Shown here in pieces: positions 9,079-19,148 of a stretch of DNA of 64,000 bases. The notes under the pieces are model-generated. The model searched no databases. It saw only the letters and a program-made list of their open reading frames with translations, and had not been told where the DNA came from. The translations under genes were made by a program, and so were the position numbers. Every line of letters begins with the position of its first letter. Position 1 is the first letter of the stretch. The DNA comes from Gemmatimonadaceae bacterium (GTDB lineage: Bacteria; Gemmatimonadota; Gemmatimonadetes; Gemmatimonadales; Gemmatimonadaceae): assembly GCA_039924865.1 (NCBI GenBank), contig JBDTAB010000163.1:1047-65046 (forward strand). The letters are read 5' to 3'.

Positions 9079-9996
9079 TCAAAGACTTACACGTTTGTCC
9101 GCTTTCGCATACGCGAGGTCAGTCAACAGATTGACCAGAACGAAGATGACGCTCAGGAACAAGACACTTCCTTGAATTGCTGGAAGGTCACGTCGCGAAA
9201 TTGCATTGACGACGTAGCGGCCAAGCCCGGGCCAACTGAATATCGTCTCGGTGAGTATGCTCCCGGTCAGGTAGTATCCAAAGTCGAGACCTAGTACGGT
9301 GATCACTGGTATAAGTGCATTCCTCAAGCCGTGCTTGAGGACGACCGCGCGTTCAGTCAATCCCTTTGCTCTTGCAGTGCGAACGAAGTCGCTGTTCAGA
9401 ACGTCGAGCATCGCCGATCGCGTGACGCGAGCGAGAAATGCCACGGAGCGCGTACCGAGTGCGAGCGCCGGCAGAATCAGATGCCGAACCCCTCCGTAGC
9501 CAGACGGCGGAAGCCAGTGGAGTGTTACGGCGAATAGCAGAATGAGAAGCAGTCCCACCCAATACACCGGGAACGAGATGCCAAGATAGGCACCGGCGAG
9601 GGATATTCGGTCGAACCATCCGCCGGGATGTTGTGCACTCAGCACCCCGATGAGAATTCCGGTGATCGACGCAAACAACATCGCAGTGCCGGCGAGCAGC
9701 AAAGTTTTGGGAAACCGCTCGAGGACATCGTTCAGGATCGGCCTGCGCGTGATGTACGAAGTGCCGAGGTCGCCGCGCAGTATACCGCCCGCGTAATGCG
9801 TGAACTGCGTAAGCACTGGCTCATCGAGCCGCAGCTCCTTGCGCAGCCGAGCGATGGTCGCCGAGTCCGCTCGCTCTCCCACCATTTCCTGCACCGGATC
9901 GCCGGGTGCGACATACAGCAGCAGGAACGTGACCACGAGTACGCCGAAGAGCGTCGGTATGGCCAGGAGCAGCCGTCGAAGGATATACGACGTCAC
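9079..9996 (-). CDS. Peptide/nickel ABC transporter permease (DppB/OppB-like)
   Basis: YILRRLLLAIPTLFGV N-terminus and the EAA-loop region FVRTARAKGL. Preferred start is GTG 9996, which forms a GTGA overlap with the binding-protein stop. The ORF-track start is 10047. Confidence 0.85.
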   Translation of the reverse strand: MTSYILRRLLLAIPTLFGVLVVTFLLLYVAPGDPVQEMVGERADSATIARLRKELRLDEPVLTQFTHYAGGILRGDLGTSYITRRPILNDVLERFPKTLLLAGTAMLFASITGILIGVLSAQHPGGWFDRISLAGAYLGISFPVYWVGLLLILLFAVTLHWLPPSGYGGVRHLILPALALGTRSVAFLARVTRSAMLDVLNSDFVRTARAKGLTERAVVLKHGLRNALIPVITVLGLDFGYYLTGSILTETIFSWPGLGRYVVNAISRRDLPAIQGSVLFLSVIFVLVNLLTDLAYAKADKRVSL

Positions 9997-11657
9997 TGCG
10001 ACGCCCCCGCCGGTTTGGGTGCGCGCTCGATGTGCGCTTTGGTCCACCGTTCACCAGTGAAGATCGACGGCACCGTGAACCCTTTTAACCACGGCTGCAC
10101 GGCGTACAACTCCGTGTAGAAGAACATGAACAGCATCGGTGCCTGCTCATGCGCCAGGGAGTCGGCTTCGCGGTAGAGCGCGAAACGCTTTTGATCGTCA
10201 GGCTGTCGCCGAGCTGCCGATACGACGCTGTCGAATGTGGCGTTGCTGAAGAACGAAACGTTTCCCCCAACGCCGCGATTTGCGCTGTGGAGCAGCGGAT
10301 ACAGAAAATTTTCGGCGTCCGGATAATCCGCGAACCAATCTTTGAGGGCGATATCGGTTTTGCCATTGCGAGCCGCCTCGCGCATGGACGACGCGTCTCG
10401 CTGCACGATCTTCGCACGAATGCCGACACGTGCCAGATACGCCTGAATTGTTTGCGCCATTCGCGGAAATTGATCGCTCTGCGACGTCCAGAGTTCGATG
10501 TCGATCCCATTCGGGTATCCGGCCTGAGTGAGCAACGTGCGCGCTCGCGCTGAATCGTACGGATACGGCTGCATGGATGGGTTGTATCCATCGAGAGATG
10601 GCGGAATGACGCCCGCGGCCAGCGTGCCTCGGCCGCCCATCAGTCGCTTCAGGATCATTCCACGATCGACCGCGAGGTTGATCGCCTGCCTCACACGCAC
10701 ATCGCGCAGCGGACCCCGCGTCGTGTTGATTGCCGCGTAGATAAGCCGTAATGACGGCGCCGATTGCAGCAGTGCGCGTTGCTCGTCATTCGCCTCCCAC
10801 GAGGGGGATTCCTGCGCCGGAACCTCGAGAACGTCCACATTGCCACTTTCAAATTCCGCCTCGGCGGTGCTCTGTTCCGGAATGATCCGCGCTTCCAGAG
10901 AATCGGCCAGTGGCGCACCTTCGTGATACTTCTCGTTTCGCGCGAATAGCAGATAGTCATCGTGATGCCACGCGACGAACTTCCACGGGCCGGTGCCCAC
11001 GGGATGCTCACCGAAGTCCGGTGGTGTGCGCATCGGTACGATCGCCGTCGCGGGCATTGCCAACATCTTTGGGAAGATCGCGAATGGCTCCGTGAGAGTG
11101 ATCTGGATTGTGCTATCGTTGAGCACGGAGAGGCCGGTGATACTCTTCGCCGTTCCCGCGGCGTACTCCTGTGCGCCACGAATGGGATACAGTGGCCAGC
11201 CGCGGCCGCCGCGCGTCGCGGGATCCAGGACCCGCTCCCACGAGTGTTTCACGTCGGCTGCGGAGAAGCGGGTTCCGTCGTGGAACAGGACTCCAGTTTT
11301 CAAGTGGAACGTGTATGTCACTCCATCGCCAGCAAGGTCCCATCTCGTGGCCAGATCCGGGACCACCTTCGCGTCGGGGGTGAATCGGGCGAGTCCGTCG
11401 AATACGTACGACACGGCACGCCCAGTAGGCACATCGGTGGAGAGCGCCGGGTCCAGCGATCTGGGATCGTAGCTGTCGCGCGAGTCTATGAGCAGGTGGC
11501 GATCGGGCGCCGACGAGCCACCGCAGGCGCCAAGCGTCGTGAGGGCGACGAGAGCCAGTCGTGCCAGCCGGGTGGTTCCGGCTGATTGGATGGGTCTGGC
11601 GCGTCGGATTCGAATAGGTCCGCGAAACCCTCGTGAGAGGGTGGCTGTTGACATCAT
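9993..11657 (-). CDS. ABC transporter substrate-binding protein, family 5 (peptide/nickel), probable lipoprotein
   Basis: 554-aa ORF with family-5 SBP-like sequence throughout. Signal region ends in the lipobox-like LTTLGAC. The exact start within the long N-region is uncertain. Confidence 0.85.
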   Translation of the reverse strand: MMSTATLSRGFRGPIRIRRARPIQSAGTTRLARLALVALTTLGACGGSSAPDRHLLIDSRDSYDPRSLDPALSTDVPTGRAVSYVFDGLARFTPDAKVVPDLATRWDLAGDGVTYTFHLKTGVLFHDGTRFSAADVKHSWERVLDPATRGGRGWPLYPIRGAQEYAAGTAKSITGLSVLNDSTIQITLTEPFAIFPKMLAMPATAIVPMRTPPDFGEHPVGTGPWKFVAWHHDDYLLFARNEKYHEGAPLADSLEARIIPEQSTAEAEFESGNVDVLEVPAQESPSWEANDEQRALLQSAPSLRLIYAAINTTRGPLRDVRVRQAINLAVDRGMILKRLMGGRGTLAAGVIPPSLDGYNPSMQPYPYDSARARTLLTQAGYPNGIDIELWTSQSDQFPRMAQTIQAYLARVGIRAKIVQRDASSMREAARNGKTDIALKDWFADYPDAENFLYPLLHSANRGVGGNVSFFSNATFDSVVSAARRQPDDQKRFALYREADSLAHEQAPMLFMFFYTELYAVQPWLKGFTVPSIFTGERWTKAHIERAPKPAGASQ

Positions 11658-11703
11658 AGGGTGAAAAGCGAGAACTTACCGGGCTATCATTAGAGCGTCA
11701 ATC

Positions 11704-13971
11704 GTGACCGCGGACATCATTAAGAGGATAATCACCGCGGCCACCGTGCTGGCCGCCTGCTCGGCTCTGCCCGCTATCGCCAGCGGGCAGGACCTTCGTT
11801 GCGGCGGTGGTGGCATTGAAGTGCGAGGACTCGACTTCAATGGGAACCACGCATTCACGGACGCCGAACTCGCCAACGCCATAGTTACTACACCTTCGGC
11901 GTGGGCTCGGCGATATCTGGATCTCCCGTTTTCGGCGAGGCGTTGCCTGGACGAGCAGGAGTTCGCCAACGATCGCTTGCGACTCATTCTGTTCTATCGT
12001 CGGCGCGGCTTTCCCAGCGTTACAGTCGATACCAGCCGGATTGACGCCGGTCACAATGGTGTGAGGGTTGAATTCAATATTGGCGAGGGGCCGGCGACCG
12101 TGTTGCGCTCGCTCACGATCGCGGGGCTCGATTCCCTATCGAACGCCACCGATGTGATGTCCGGCCTGCCGGTGACTGTCGGTGAGCGGTTCGACAGGAC
12201 CAGGATCGACGCTGCGATCGATCTCATGACGCGCCGCCTCCGCAATTCCGGCTATCCAGCCGTGAGCGCGCACAACAGCTTCGCGACGACGGACAGCGGC
12301 CTTGTCGCGTTGGATACTCTGACGATTACGCCTGGCACGCTTACGCGGTTCGGCCGGATCGACATATCCGTAACTCCGTCGCCGCGCAAAAAGCAGCACA
12401 TCTCTGATGAAACCGTGAGGCGGATCGTCGGTATCGATTCGGGGACGATATTTCGTGAACAGGCACTGATCGATGCCCAGCGCGCGCTGTATCAGACAGA
12501 TGCATACACGCATGTTGCGATAGCGCTGGATAGTGCCGGTGGTTCGCGCATCGGGCGTGACTCCATTGCGCCGCTGAACATCGCGCTCGCGGAGAACACG
12601 ATGCACGCGGCCCGCCTGGGAGCCGGTTACGGTACGCTCGATTGCTTTCGAGCTACGGGCGAGCTCGACGACTACAATTTCCTCAACGGCGCCCGACATC
12701 TTACGCTTCAGGGTCGCGTCTCCAAAATCGGGATCGGACGTCCGCTCGACGGTGCGCCGGCATTGTGTCCGCAGGCCAAGGCAGATCCTTACAGTGGGCA
12801 GCTCAACTATTACCTCGGCGCGACGCTGCGCCAGCCAGTTTTTTTCGGGCTGCGGACCGTTCCAACTCTCACCGCGTATACATCGCGTGTGAGCGAGTAT
12901 AGAGTCTATGTGCGCACGACGTCGATCGGTGGCGTTGCATCGCTGCAGTACCAGCGCTGGGCTCGTACTCCGGTCACATTCGGGTACAGCATGGACTTCG
13001 GACGCACCGAATCACAGCCCGCGCTGTTCTGCGCCGTGTTCAACCTGTGTACCGCGGAGGAACGCGACCGGGTGCAGAAGAATCAGCGCCTCGCGGTAGT
13101 GAACGCCGTCGTTTTGCATGACGCGACCGACGACGCATTAGCTCCGACGTCGGGCGGCATCGTGCGATTCGAAATTCGTCATGCGTCGCCGCTCGTGTTT
13201 TCGGACTCGGGGCTGCAATTCAACACCTTGCTCGGCGAGGCCTCTCGATACGTCTCTGTAGGTGGTGGGAACGTGCTTGCGATGCGCATTCGCGGCGGCA
13301 TGGTATTCAGCGGAAGTTTTCGGAGCAACTCAGGATTCATTCCACCTCAGGAGCGTCTCTACGCCGGCGGCCCCAGTTCAGTGCGCGGGTTCGCGCAGAA
13401 CGAGCTTGGTGCAGCTACGTACATAGCGCCTTCGTACTCGACGGTCACTGTAGTCGACTCCGCTGGCCACACTGACACGTACTTCCGGTATCTCGGCACC
13501 GCAAAACCGCGCAGAGTCGTTCCGGTGGGCGGGAATAGTCTCGTCGTCGGCAACGTCGAGTTGCGGCTGCGAAGCCCCTTCCTTCCCAACGTGCTTCAAT
13601 TCGGCTTGTTTGTGGACGCCGGAGACGACTGGAACCGGGGCGGAGCGAGTACATTCGGCGGATTCCACATCAAGGTTACGCCTGGCGTTCAAGTTGCAGC
13701 GCTGACTCCGGTAGGCCCCGTACGCGTGGTTGTCGGATACAATCCGTACCAGCAACCTGCTGGACCTCTGTACTACGAGAGCGCGGCGAACGCGGGTGCG
13801 CTCCCGTGTGTGGCGCCGGGCAACCAACTCCGGGTGACAGTGGACAACAGCGATCCCGCAAATCCAAAATTCGTCCAGGAGCCAGGAACCTGCTCAGGCT
13901 ACAAGCCGCCGCCAACGAAGTCATTCGGAAGCCGCCTGACTTTCGGGCTTGCCATCGGCCAGGCGTTCTAG
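11704..13971 (+). CDS. tamA: BamA/TamA-family outer membrane protein (POTRA repeats plus Omp85 barrel)
   Basis: 755 aa, GTG start, signal peptide, POTRA-like repeats, C-terminal barrel (VGGNSLVVGNVELR, terminal ...GLAIGQAF). Sits directly upstream of tamB and overlaps it. Confidence 0.85.
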   Translation: MTADIIKRIITAATVLAACSALPAIASGQDLRCGGGGIEVRGLDFNGNHAFTDAELANAIVTTPSAWARRYLDLPFSARRCLDEQEFANDRLRLILFYRRRGFPSVTVDTSRIDAGHNGVRVEFNIGEGPATVLRSLTIAGLDSLSNATDVMSGLPVTVGERFDRTRIDAAIDLMTRRLRNSGYPAVSAHNSFATTDSGLVALDTLTITPGTLTRFGRIDISVTPSPRKKQHISDETVRRIVGIDSGTIFREQALIDAQRALYQTDAYTHVAIALDSAGGSRIGRDSIAPLNIALAENTMHAARLGAGYGTLDCFRATGELDDYNFLNGARHLTLQGRVSKIGIGRPLDGAPALCPQAKADPYSGQLNYYLGATLRQPVFFGLRTVPTLTAYTSRVSEYRVYVRTTSIGGVASLQYQRWARTPVTFGYSMDFGRTESQPALFCAVFNLCTAEERDRVQKNQRLAVVNAVVLHDATDDALAPTSGGIVRFEIRHASPLVFSDSGLQFNTLLGEASRYVSVGGGNVLAMRIRGGMVFSGSFRSNSGFIPPQERLYAGGPSSVRGFAQNELGAATYIAPSYSTVTVVDSAGHTDTYFRYLGTAKPRRVVPVGGNSLVVGNVELRLRSPFLPNVLQFGLFVDAGDDWNRGGASTFGGFHIKVTPGVQVAALTPVGPVRVVVGYNPYQQPAGPLYYESAANAGALPCVAPGNQLRVTVDNSDPANPKFVQEPGTCSGYKPPPTKSFGSRLTFGLAIGQAF

Positions 13972-16900
13972 GCAGGTGACACTCCGCGGCAGAATCGTAA
14001 TCGGCACCGCAGCCGGTCTCCTCGCGCTATTCTCGCTCGTGGTGGTTGCGGTGCTCGCCATTACGCGAACGGACGCGGGGCGCCAACGGGTTCGTGGACT
14101 CATCGTCTCGGCGCTCAAGCAACAGGTACACGGGTCGCTGTACGTGGGGCGTATCACGGAAGGTTTCTTTTCGGGCGTCACCATCGATTCCCTTGAGATT
14201 CGCGACACAGATGACTCCCTCTTCATCAGCACCGGGCCCGTCTCGGTGGAGTACGACCTCAGAGATCTGCTCGACCGACGCATTCTTCTGCAGAATGTTC
14301 ACGCAGAACATCCCGTTGTGCACATACGACAGCACGAGAATGGCGATTGGAACTTCCGCGAGGTGTTTCGGTCCGCGGAGAAGTCGCGATTTGAGCCCAA
14401 CCAGCCTCGCGCTTTCATTGTCATCGACTCGGCGACAATCCACAATGCCACATTCGTCCTTACGTTGCCGTGGCACCCATCTCCATGGCTGAAACGCGCG
14501 GCGCTCGATAGCGCCATTCGGTACGAACTCGCGCGCAAGGATCACGATATACGTCGCACGCGCGAAGGATTTTCACGTACCTGGCGCTGGACCGAAGCCG
14601 ATGTGCAAATTCCGCTGGCGCGCATCAGCAATCCGGACACGGCGGGAATGCTATTTCATTTTGCCGGGTTGAAGGTCGCCGAAGCCGACCCGCCATTCCT
14701 GTTCTCGAATACGAGTGGCATTGTCCGTCAGTTGGGCGACTCCATATGGCTCGACATTCCTCATCTTGACCTTCCGGCGTCGACTGGTCGGGCAAAGGGA
14801 AAGATTGTATGGGGAAGCGACCTGCCAATTCGGTACGACGTCCATGCTCACGCTGATTCCATCTCTCTGAATGATGTCTCGTGGATATATCCGACGCTTC
14901 CGCGCACCGGTGCCGGAAGCACGGATCTTGACATCCGCACCGAGACCAAACATCCGCAGCTGGTGGATTTCGCACTGTCCAATATGGATGTGCGTTCCAC
15001 TCGTTCTCATCTGCTGGGCAACATGACGTTCACTACCGGTGAGGACACGCTGATCGTTTCAGATGTTCGGCTCACGGCATCGCCCGTGAACTTCGATCTG
15101 CTGCGCACGCTCAACGGCAAATCGTTCCCATACAACTGGCAGGGCGATATTACCGGGACCGTACGTGCAAGCGGAGGCAACCTCGCGCGGTTCAAAGTGG
15201 AAGATTCGCAACTTCGTTTTGCGGACGCGAACGTTCCAGGCGCGTACTCGGTGTTGAGCGGCAAGGGGATGCTCAACATCTTCTCGCCAGCATTTACCGC
15301 CTTCAATGAATTTGCTGTAGATGTCAGCAGCCTTGATCTCCGGACGCTGCAGTACCTGAACACCAATTTTCCGCGTCTGAATGGTACGGTGTCGGGCAGC
15401 GCGATTCTTGACTCGGTGTGGCTTGACGTGCGTTTTCACGATGCACAACTCGCGCATCGCGACGGAGACGGTCCCGAGTCCAGCGTATCGGGCAATGGCC
15501 GGGTCACGTGGGGCGAGAAGTACCTCACCTACGATCTTGACCTTGACGCCCACCCTCTCGCATTCGAGACACTGCGCAAATCGTATGTGGGTGTTCCGTT
15601 GCACGACTCTCTGAGCGGACCCATCAGGGTTTTAGGCCAAAGTCCGGATCTGCAAGTGACGACATCGCTCTCCGGCCGCGGTGGAACCCTGGCGTTCGAG
15701 GGGCGGGTGGATGCCGACCCGCCGGTATATGGTGTACACGGCGTCGGTACTATCACCAATGCGGATCTGCCCAATCTGCTTGGCAATCCATCGCTGCCAT
15801 ACACGTCGCTTACTGGCACCTACGCCGTCGATATTGCCGGGGATTCGCTGCCAGACTTTACTGGATCCGCGTCGGCATCGTTGCTCGAGTCTCGAGCTGC
15901 GAATACGACTCTTAGCCCATCAAAGGCATACGTGCACATCGGCAACGGGATCGTCACCGTCGATTCCATGCGCCTTGCGGCGGGCGGTGCAACCGCGACC
16001 GCAAGTGGCTCCATCGCGATGGTCGCAGGACAGCATGGATCGCTTACCTATCAGCTCGGTGTCGGATCGCTCCGTGACCTCGTACACCTCCTCGGTGGCG
16101 CGACTTCCGATTCATCGCGGACGCTGGAGTCGGGGCCAGTGACGGCCAAGGGAACTCTGAGCGGAACTCCCGGCGCGCTCCAGACACAGGGCACTGCGTC
16201 GGCGCGCGACGTTACCGCTGGTCCGGCGCATATCCGGAGTCTACATGCCAGCTATGCGATGCACGACCTGAGCGCAAAACCGAGTGGCGTCGTAGCGCTC
16301 ACTGCCGATACACTTTCGGCGGGGCCAATTCCCGTAATCCAGGCTATCGTCGGACTCCGAATAAGCAACGGCAACGACGTTGCGTTCCGTGCGGACTTCG
16401 TCGGCCGCGGTGAAGCGCGCGCGTCGACGTCAGGTGAAGTGATACGGAAGGACAGCGGCAAGGACAGCGGCGTCGTCGCCGTTCGCTTCGATTCGGCAAG
16501 AGTAGACGTTGATTCATTGAATGCGTACGCGCTCGGCGCTCCAGTTCACATGACGTCGGTCGCGAATGGCATCACCATTGATTCGGTACTTCTTTCCCGG
16601 TCCAGTGGTGGATCGGTGGCCCTTCGTAACATCGCGTTTGTTGGCGACTCCATACGCGGCTCATTGCGCACGGCCGACTTCGACCTTGCCTTGCTCGAGC
16701 TGTTCGGAAGCGCGCTGACGGATATCCACGGGGCGCTCACCGCGAATATTGACGTTGCTGGCACGACATCCAAACCACGACTCAACGGCAAGATTACCAT
16801 CGACAGTGGTGCTGCGACCATCGTACCACTGGGAGTACGCCTCGCGCGCCTGGATGCGAACATCGGGTTGAGCGGCGACACCGTTTTCGTGCGCAAGTTC

Positions 16901-18175
16901 ACGGCAACGACAGCGCGTGAACGGCGTGGCACGCTCGACGTAACTGGAAATATTGCGCTGTCGGAGTATCATGATCCTGTATTCGCGCTCAGTGCAACGG
17001 CCAACAACTTCCGCGCAGTGGATCGCCGCGGGCTGGCCTCGCTCGATGTCAGCACCACAACTCCGCTATCGCTCACCGGAGCATATTCGGGCGCCCGTGT
17101 CACTGGTGCGGTACGCGTGGATCGGGGAACTGTTTACATACCCGAGCTGATCACCAAGCGGCTTGTCGATCTCAATGATCCGGAGCTTGTGGATGTCGTG
17201 GATACGACCGTCGCGAGCAATCGTGCCATCCTTCCCACTGCTCCCAGCGAATTCGTAAAGAACCTCCGGCTCGACAACGTTTCGATCAACGTAGGCGATG
17301 ACGTATGGCTGCGATCTGCCGAAGCGAACATCAAGCTGGGTGGCTCGCTCAACGTTACACTCGGCCGCAGCCCCGTCACGGGAGAACCATCGCAACTCGC
17401 GCTCGACGGCCAGCTCAATGCCATTCGCGGAACCTATCGGCTGGATGTCGTTCCATTCGTGCAACCCACCTTCGATGTGGAGCAGGGTACACTACGGTTT
17501 TTCGGATCGCCTGACCTCGATCCGGCGCTCAATATCACTGCGATCAACACGGTCCGCCGCCCCCGCGAGAGCCTGAACGGGCAGGATATTCGCATTCGTG
17601 CAACAATTGGCGGCACACTGTCCGCGCCATCGCTCGCACTTGCCAGTGCGGATAATCTGCCGCTCTCCCAGTCCGATCTACTCAGCTATCTCATAACGGG
17701 CGAGCCTGCCTTCGCGCTCGATTACACCGCAGGGCAGTATGTGAATCAGCTTGCGAATGTCGCCGTGCGGTCAGCCGGTAACCTTATCAGTAGCGCGATA
17801 CCGCGATCCGTATTCGATGTTGTCGAGCTGCAAACTCCGGCGCTGCTCGCCCCACAGGCGCCAGGCACCACGGACAACTCGACTTTCTACACCAATCTGC
17901 TGAATACTCGTGCACTGGTCGGTAAGCAGCTGAACAACAATCTCTTCCTCGATGTGAGCACTGGGTTCTGCGCCGAAAACTTCCGGAGCGCCACCAACTT
18001 TCAGCACAATCTTGGATTGCGACTCGAGTATCGCTTCAGCCAGAGCTACACCGCGCAGTTGGGCGTCGAGCCCGGAACGACAGACTTGCTCTGTTCCAGG
18101 CCCGGATCGCTTCAGACGCTACAGCAAACTCCGTCGCAGCTCGGCATCGACTTTCTTCGCTCCTGGCGATTCTGA
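13949..18175 (+). CDS. tamB: Translocation and assembly module protein TamB (DUF490 C-terminus)
   Basis: 1408 aa. N-terminal membrane anchor (IVIGTAAGLLALFSLVVVAVLAI), a long beta-rich body, and a DUF490-like C-terminus (...LGLRLEYRFSQSYTAQLGVE...IDFLRSWRF). Confidence 0.88.
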   Translation: MPSARRSRQVTLRGRIVIGTAAGLLALFSLVVVAVLAITRTDAGRQRVRGLIVSALKQQVHGSLYVGRITEGFFSGVTIDSLEIRDTDDSLFISTGPVSVEYDLRDLLDRRILLQNVHAEHPVVHIRQHENGDWNFREVFRSAEKSRFEPNQPRAFIVIDSATIHNATFVLTLPWHPSPWLKRAALDSAIRYELARKDHDIRRTREGFSRTWRWTEADVQIPLARISNPDTAGMLFHFAGLKVAEADPPFLFSNTSGIVRQLGDSIWLDIPHLDLPASTGRAKGKIVWGSDLPIRYDVHAHADSISLNDVSWIYPTLPRTGAGSTDLDIRTETKHPQLVDFALSNMDVRSTRSHLLGNMTFTTGEDTLIVSDVRLTASPVNFDLLRTLNGKSFPYNWQGDITGTVRASGGNLARFKVEDSQLRFADANVPGAYSVLSGKGMLNIFSPAFTAFNEFAVDVSSLDLRTLQYLNTNFPRLNGTVSGSAILDSVWLDVRFHDAQLAHRDGDGPESSVSGNGRVTWGEKYLTYDLDLDAHPLAFETLRKSYVGVPLHDSLSGPIRVLGQSPDLQVTTSLSGRGGTLAFEGRVDADPPVYGVHGVGTITNADLPNLLGNPSLPYTSLTGTYAVDIAGDSLPDFTGSASASLLESRAANTTLSPSKAYVHIGNGIVTVDSMRLAAGGATATASGSIAMVAGQHGSLTYQLGVGSLRDLVHLLGGATSDSSRTLESGPVTAKGTLSGTPGALQTQGTASARDVTAGPAHIRSLHASYAMHDLSAKPSGVVALTADTLSAGPIPVIQAIVGLRISNGNDVAFRADFVGRGEARASTSGEVIRKDSGKDSGVVAVRFDSARVDVDSLNAYALGAPVHMTSVANGITIDSVLLSRSSGGSVALRNIAFVGDSIRGSLRTADFDLALLELFGSALTDIHGALTANIDVAGTTSKPRLNGKITIDSGAATIVPLGVRLARLDANIGLSGDTVFVRKFTATTARERRGTLDVTGNIALSEYHDPVFALSATANNFRAVDRRGLASLDVSTTTPLSLTGAYSGARVTGAVRVDRGTVYIPELITKRLVDLNDPELVDVVDTTVASNRAILPTAPSEFVKNLRLDNVSINVGDDVWLRSAEANIKLGGSLNVTLGRSPVTGEPSQLALDGQLNAIRGTYRLDVVPFVQPTFDVEQGTLRFFGSPDLDPALNITAINTVRRPRESLNGQDIRIRATIGGTLSAPSLALASADNLPLSQSDLLSYLITGEPAFALDYTAGQYVNQLANVAVRSAGNLISSAIPRSVFDVVELQTPALLAPQAPGTTDNSTFYTNLLNTRALVGKQLNNNLFLDVSTGFCAENFRSATNFQHNLGLRLEYRFSQSYTAQLGVEPGTTDLLCSRPGSLQTLQQTPSQLGIDFLRSWRF

Positions 18176-19107
18176 TGCGGGCGCGCTCTGGCGCACCTCG
18201 TCGGGAGGTGCAGGTGCAGCGCGCGCTGTTGATCGTCAATCCGTTTGCCCGGTTGGCGCGGAAGTCGGTCAGGGCCGCGACTCGCGCTTTCGCCGCGTCG
18301 GGCGTTCAGTGCGAGACCGTGATAACCGAGCGCCGCGGTCATGCACGCGATGTGGCGCTCGCGCGCTCGAAGGATGTCGACGCTGTATTCACACTTGGCG
18401 GCGACGGAACCGCAGTCGAAGTACTGGGCGCTCTGGCACATACCGGGCGCCCGGTTGGGATTCTCCCGGGGGGCACGGGTAACCTTCTCGCGCGGGCGAT
18501 CGGATTGCCAATGAACGTCCCACGCGCCGTACGGGCCCTCGTGCGTGGAGATCAGGCGTTGGTGGATCTGGGGCGCCTGGCCGACGGATCGTACTTCGCG
18601 ATTGGTGCCGGGGTCGGAATCGACGCCGCCATGATTGCTGGGACGTCCCAGGCGTGGAAACGGCGCGCTGGCGTCCTGTCGTACGTGGTTGCAGGGGCGT
18701 CGCACGTACTTCGCAGACGCCGCTTTACTGCGCGCGTCACTGTCGATGGTGTAACCGTTACCAGGGAGGCGTCGGTGGTACTGATCGCCAACTTCGGCGT
18801 GCTTCTGAATGGGCTGGTGACACTCGGCGAGCGTATTCGGCGCGACGATGGCAGGCTGGACGTCTGCATCTTCGATCCCGTGACCCTGCCAGACGTGTTC
18901 CGCGTTAGCCGTAAACTAATGTTTCGCGATTTTAGCCCGGATTCTGCAATGTATTATCTGCAGGGAAGCCATATTATCCTGGAGACAGACCCGGCGCTCG
19001 TCGCGCAAGCGGATGGCGAGTTGATTGGCAACTGTCCACTGGAAGCCTCAGTCGAACCCCTTGCCGCGTGTCTCCTGGTGCCACAGTGTCAAATAAATCG
19101 TCAGTAG
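18175..19107 (+). CDS. Diacylglycerol-kinase-family lipid kinase (YegS/BmrU-like), paralog 2
   Basis: LIVNPFA, TLGGDGTAVEV and LPGGTGNLLARAIG motifs. The ATG shares 1 nt with the tamB TGA (TGATG). Confidence 0.85.
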   Translation: MRARSGAPRREVQVQRALLIVNPFARLARKSVRAATRAFAASGVQCETVITERRGHARDVALARSKDVDAVFTLGGDGTAVEVLGALAHTGRPVGILPGGTGNLLARAIGLPMNVPRAVRALVRGDQALVDLGRLADGSYFAIGAGVGIDAAMIAGTSQAWKRRAGVLSYVVAGASHVLRRRRFTARVTVDGVTVTREASVVLIANFGVLLNGLVTLGERIRRDDGRLDVCIFDPVTLPDVFRVSRKLMFRDFSPDSAMYYLQGSHIILETDPALVAQADGELIGNCPLEASVEPLAACLLVPQCQINRQ

Positions 19108-19148
19108 CACAGTAATTCGTCGATTTCCACCGATACCAGCATCCCATC

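Noticed and set aside
14027-18705. Numerous 60-200-aa ORFs on both strands within tamB and the following kinase gene.
   Set aside because: All are embedded in or antisense to the 1408-aa TamB or the kinase. None shows motifs or coupling signals.
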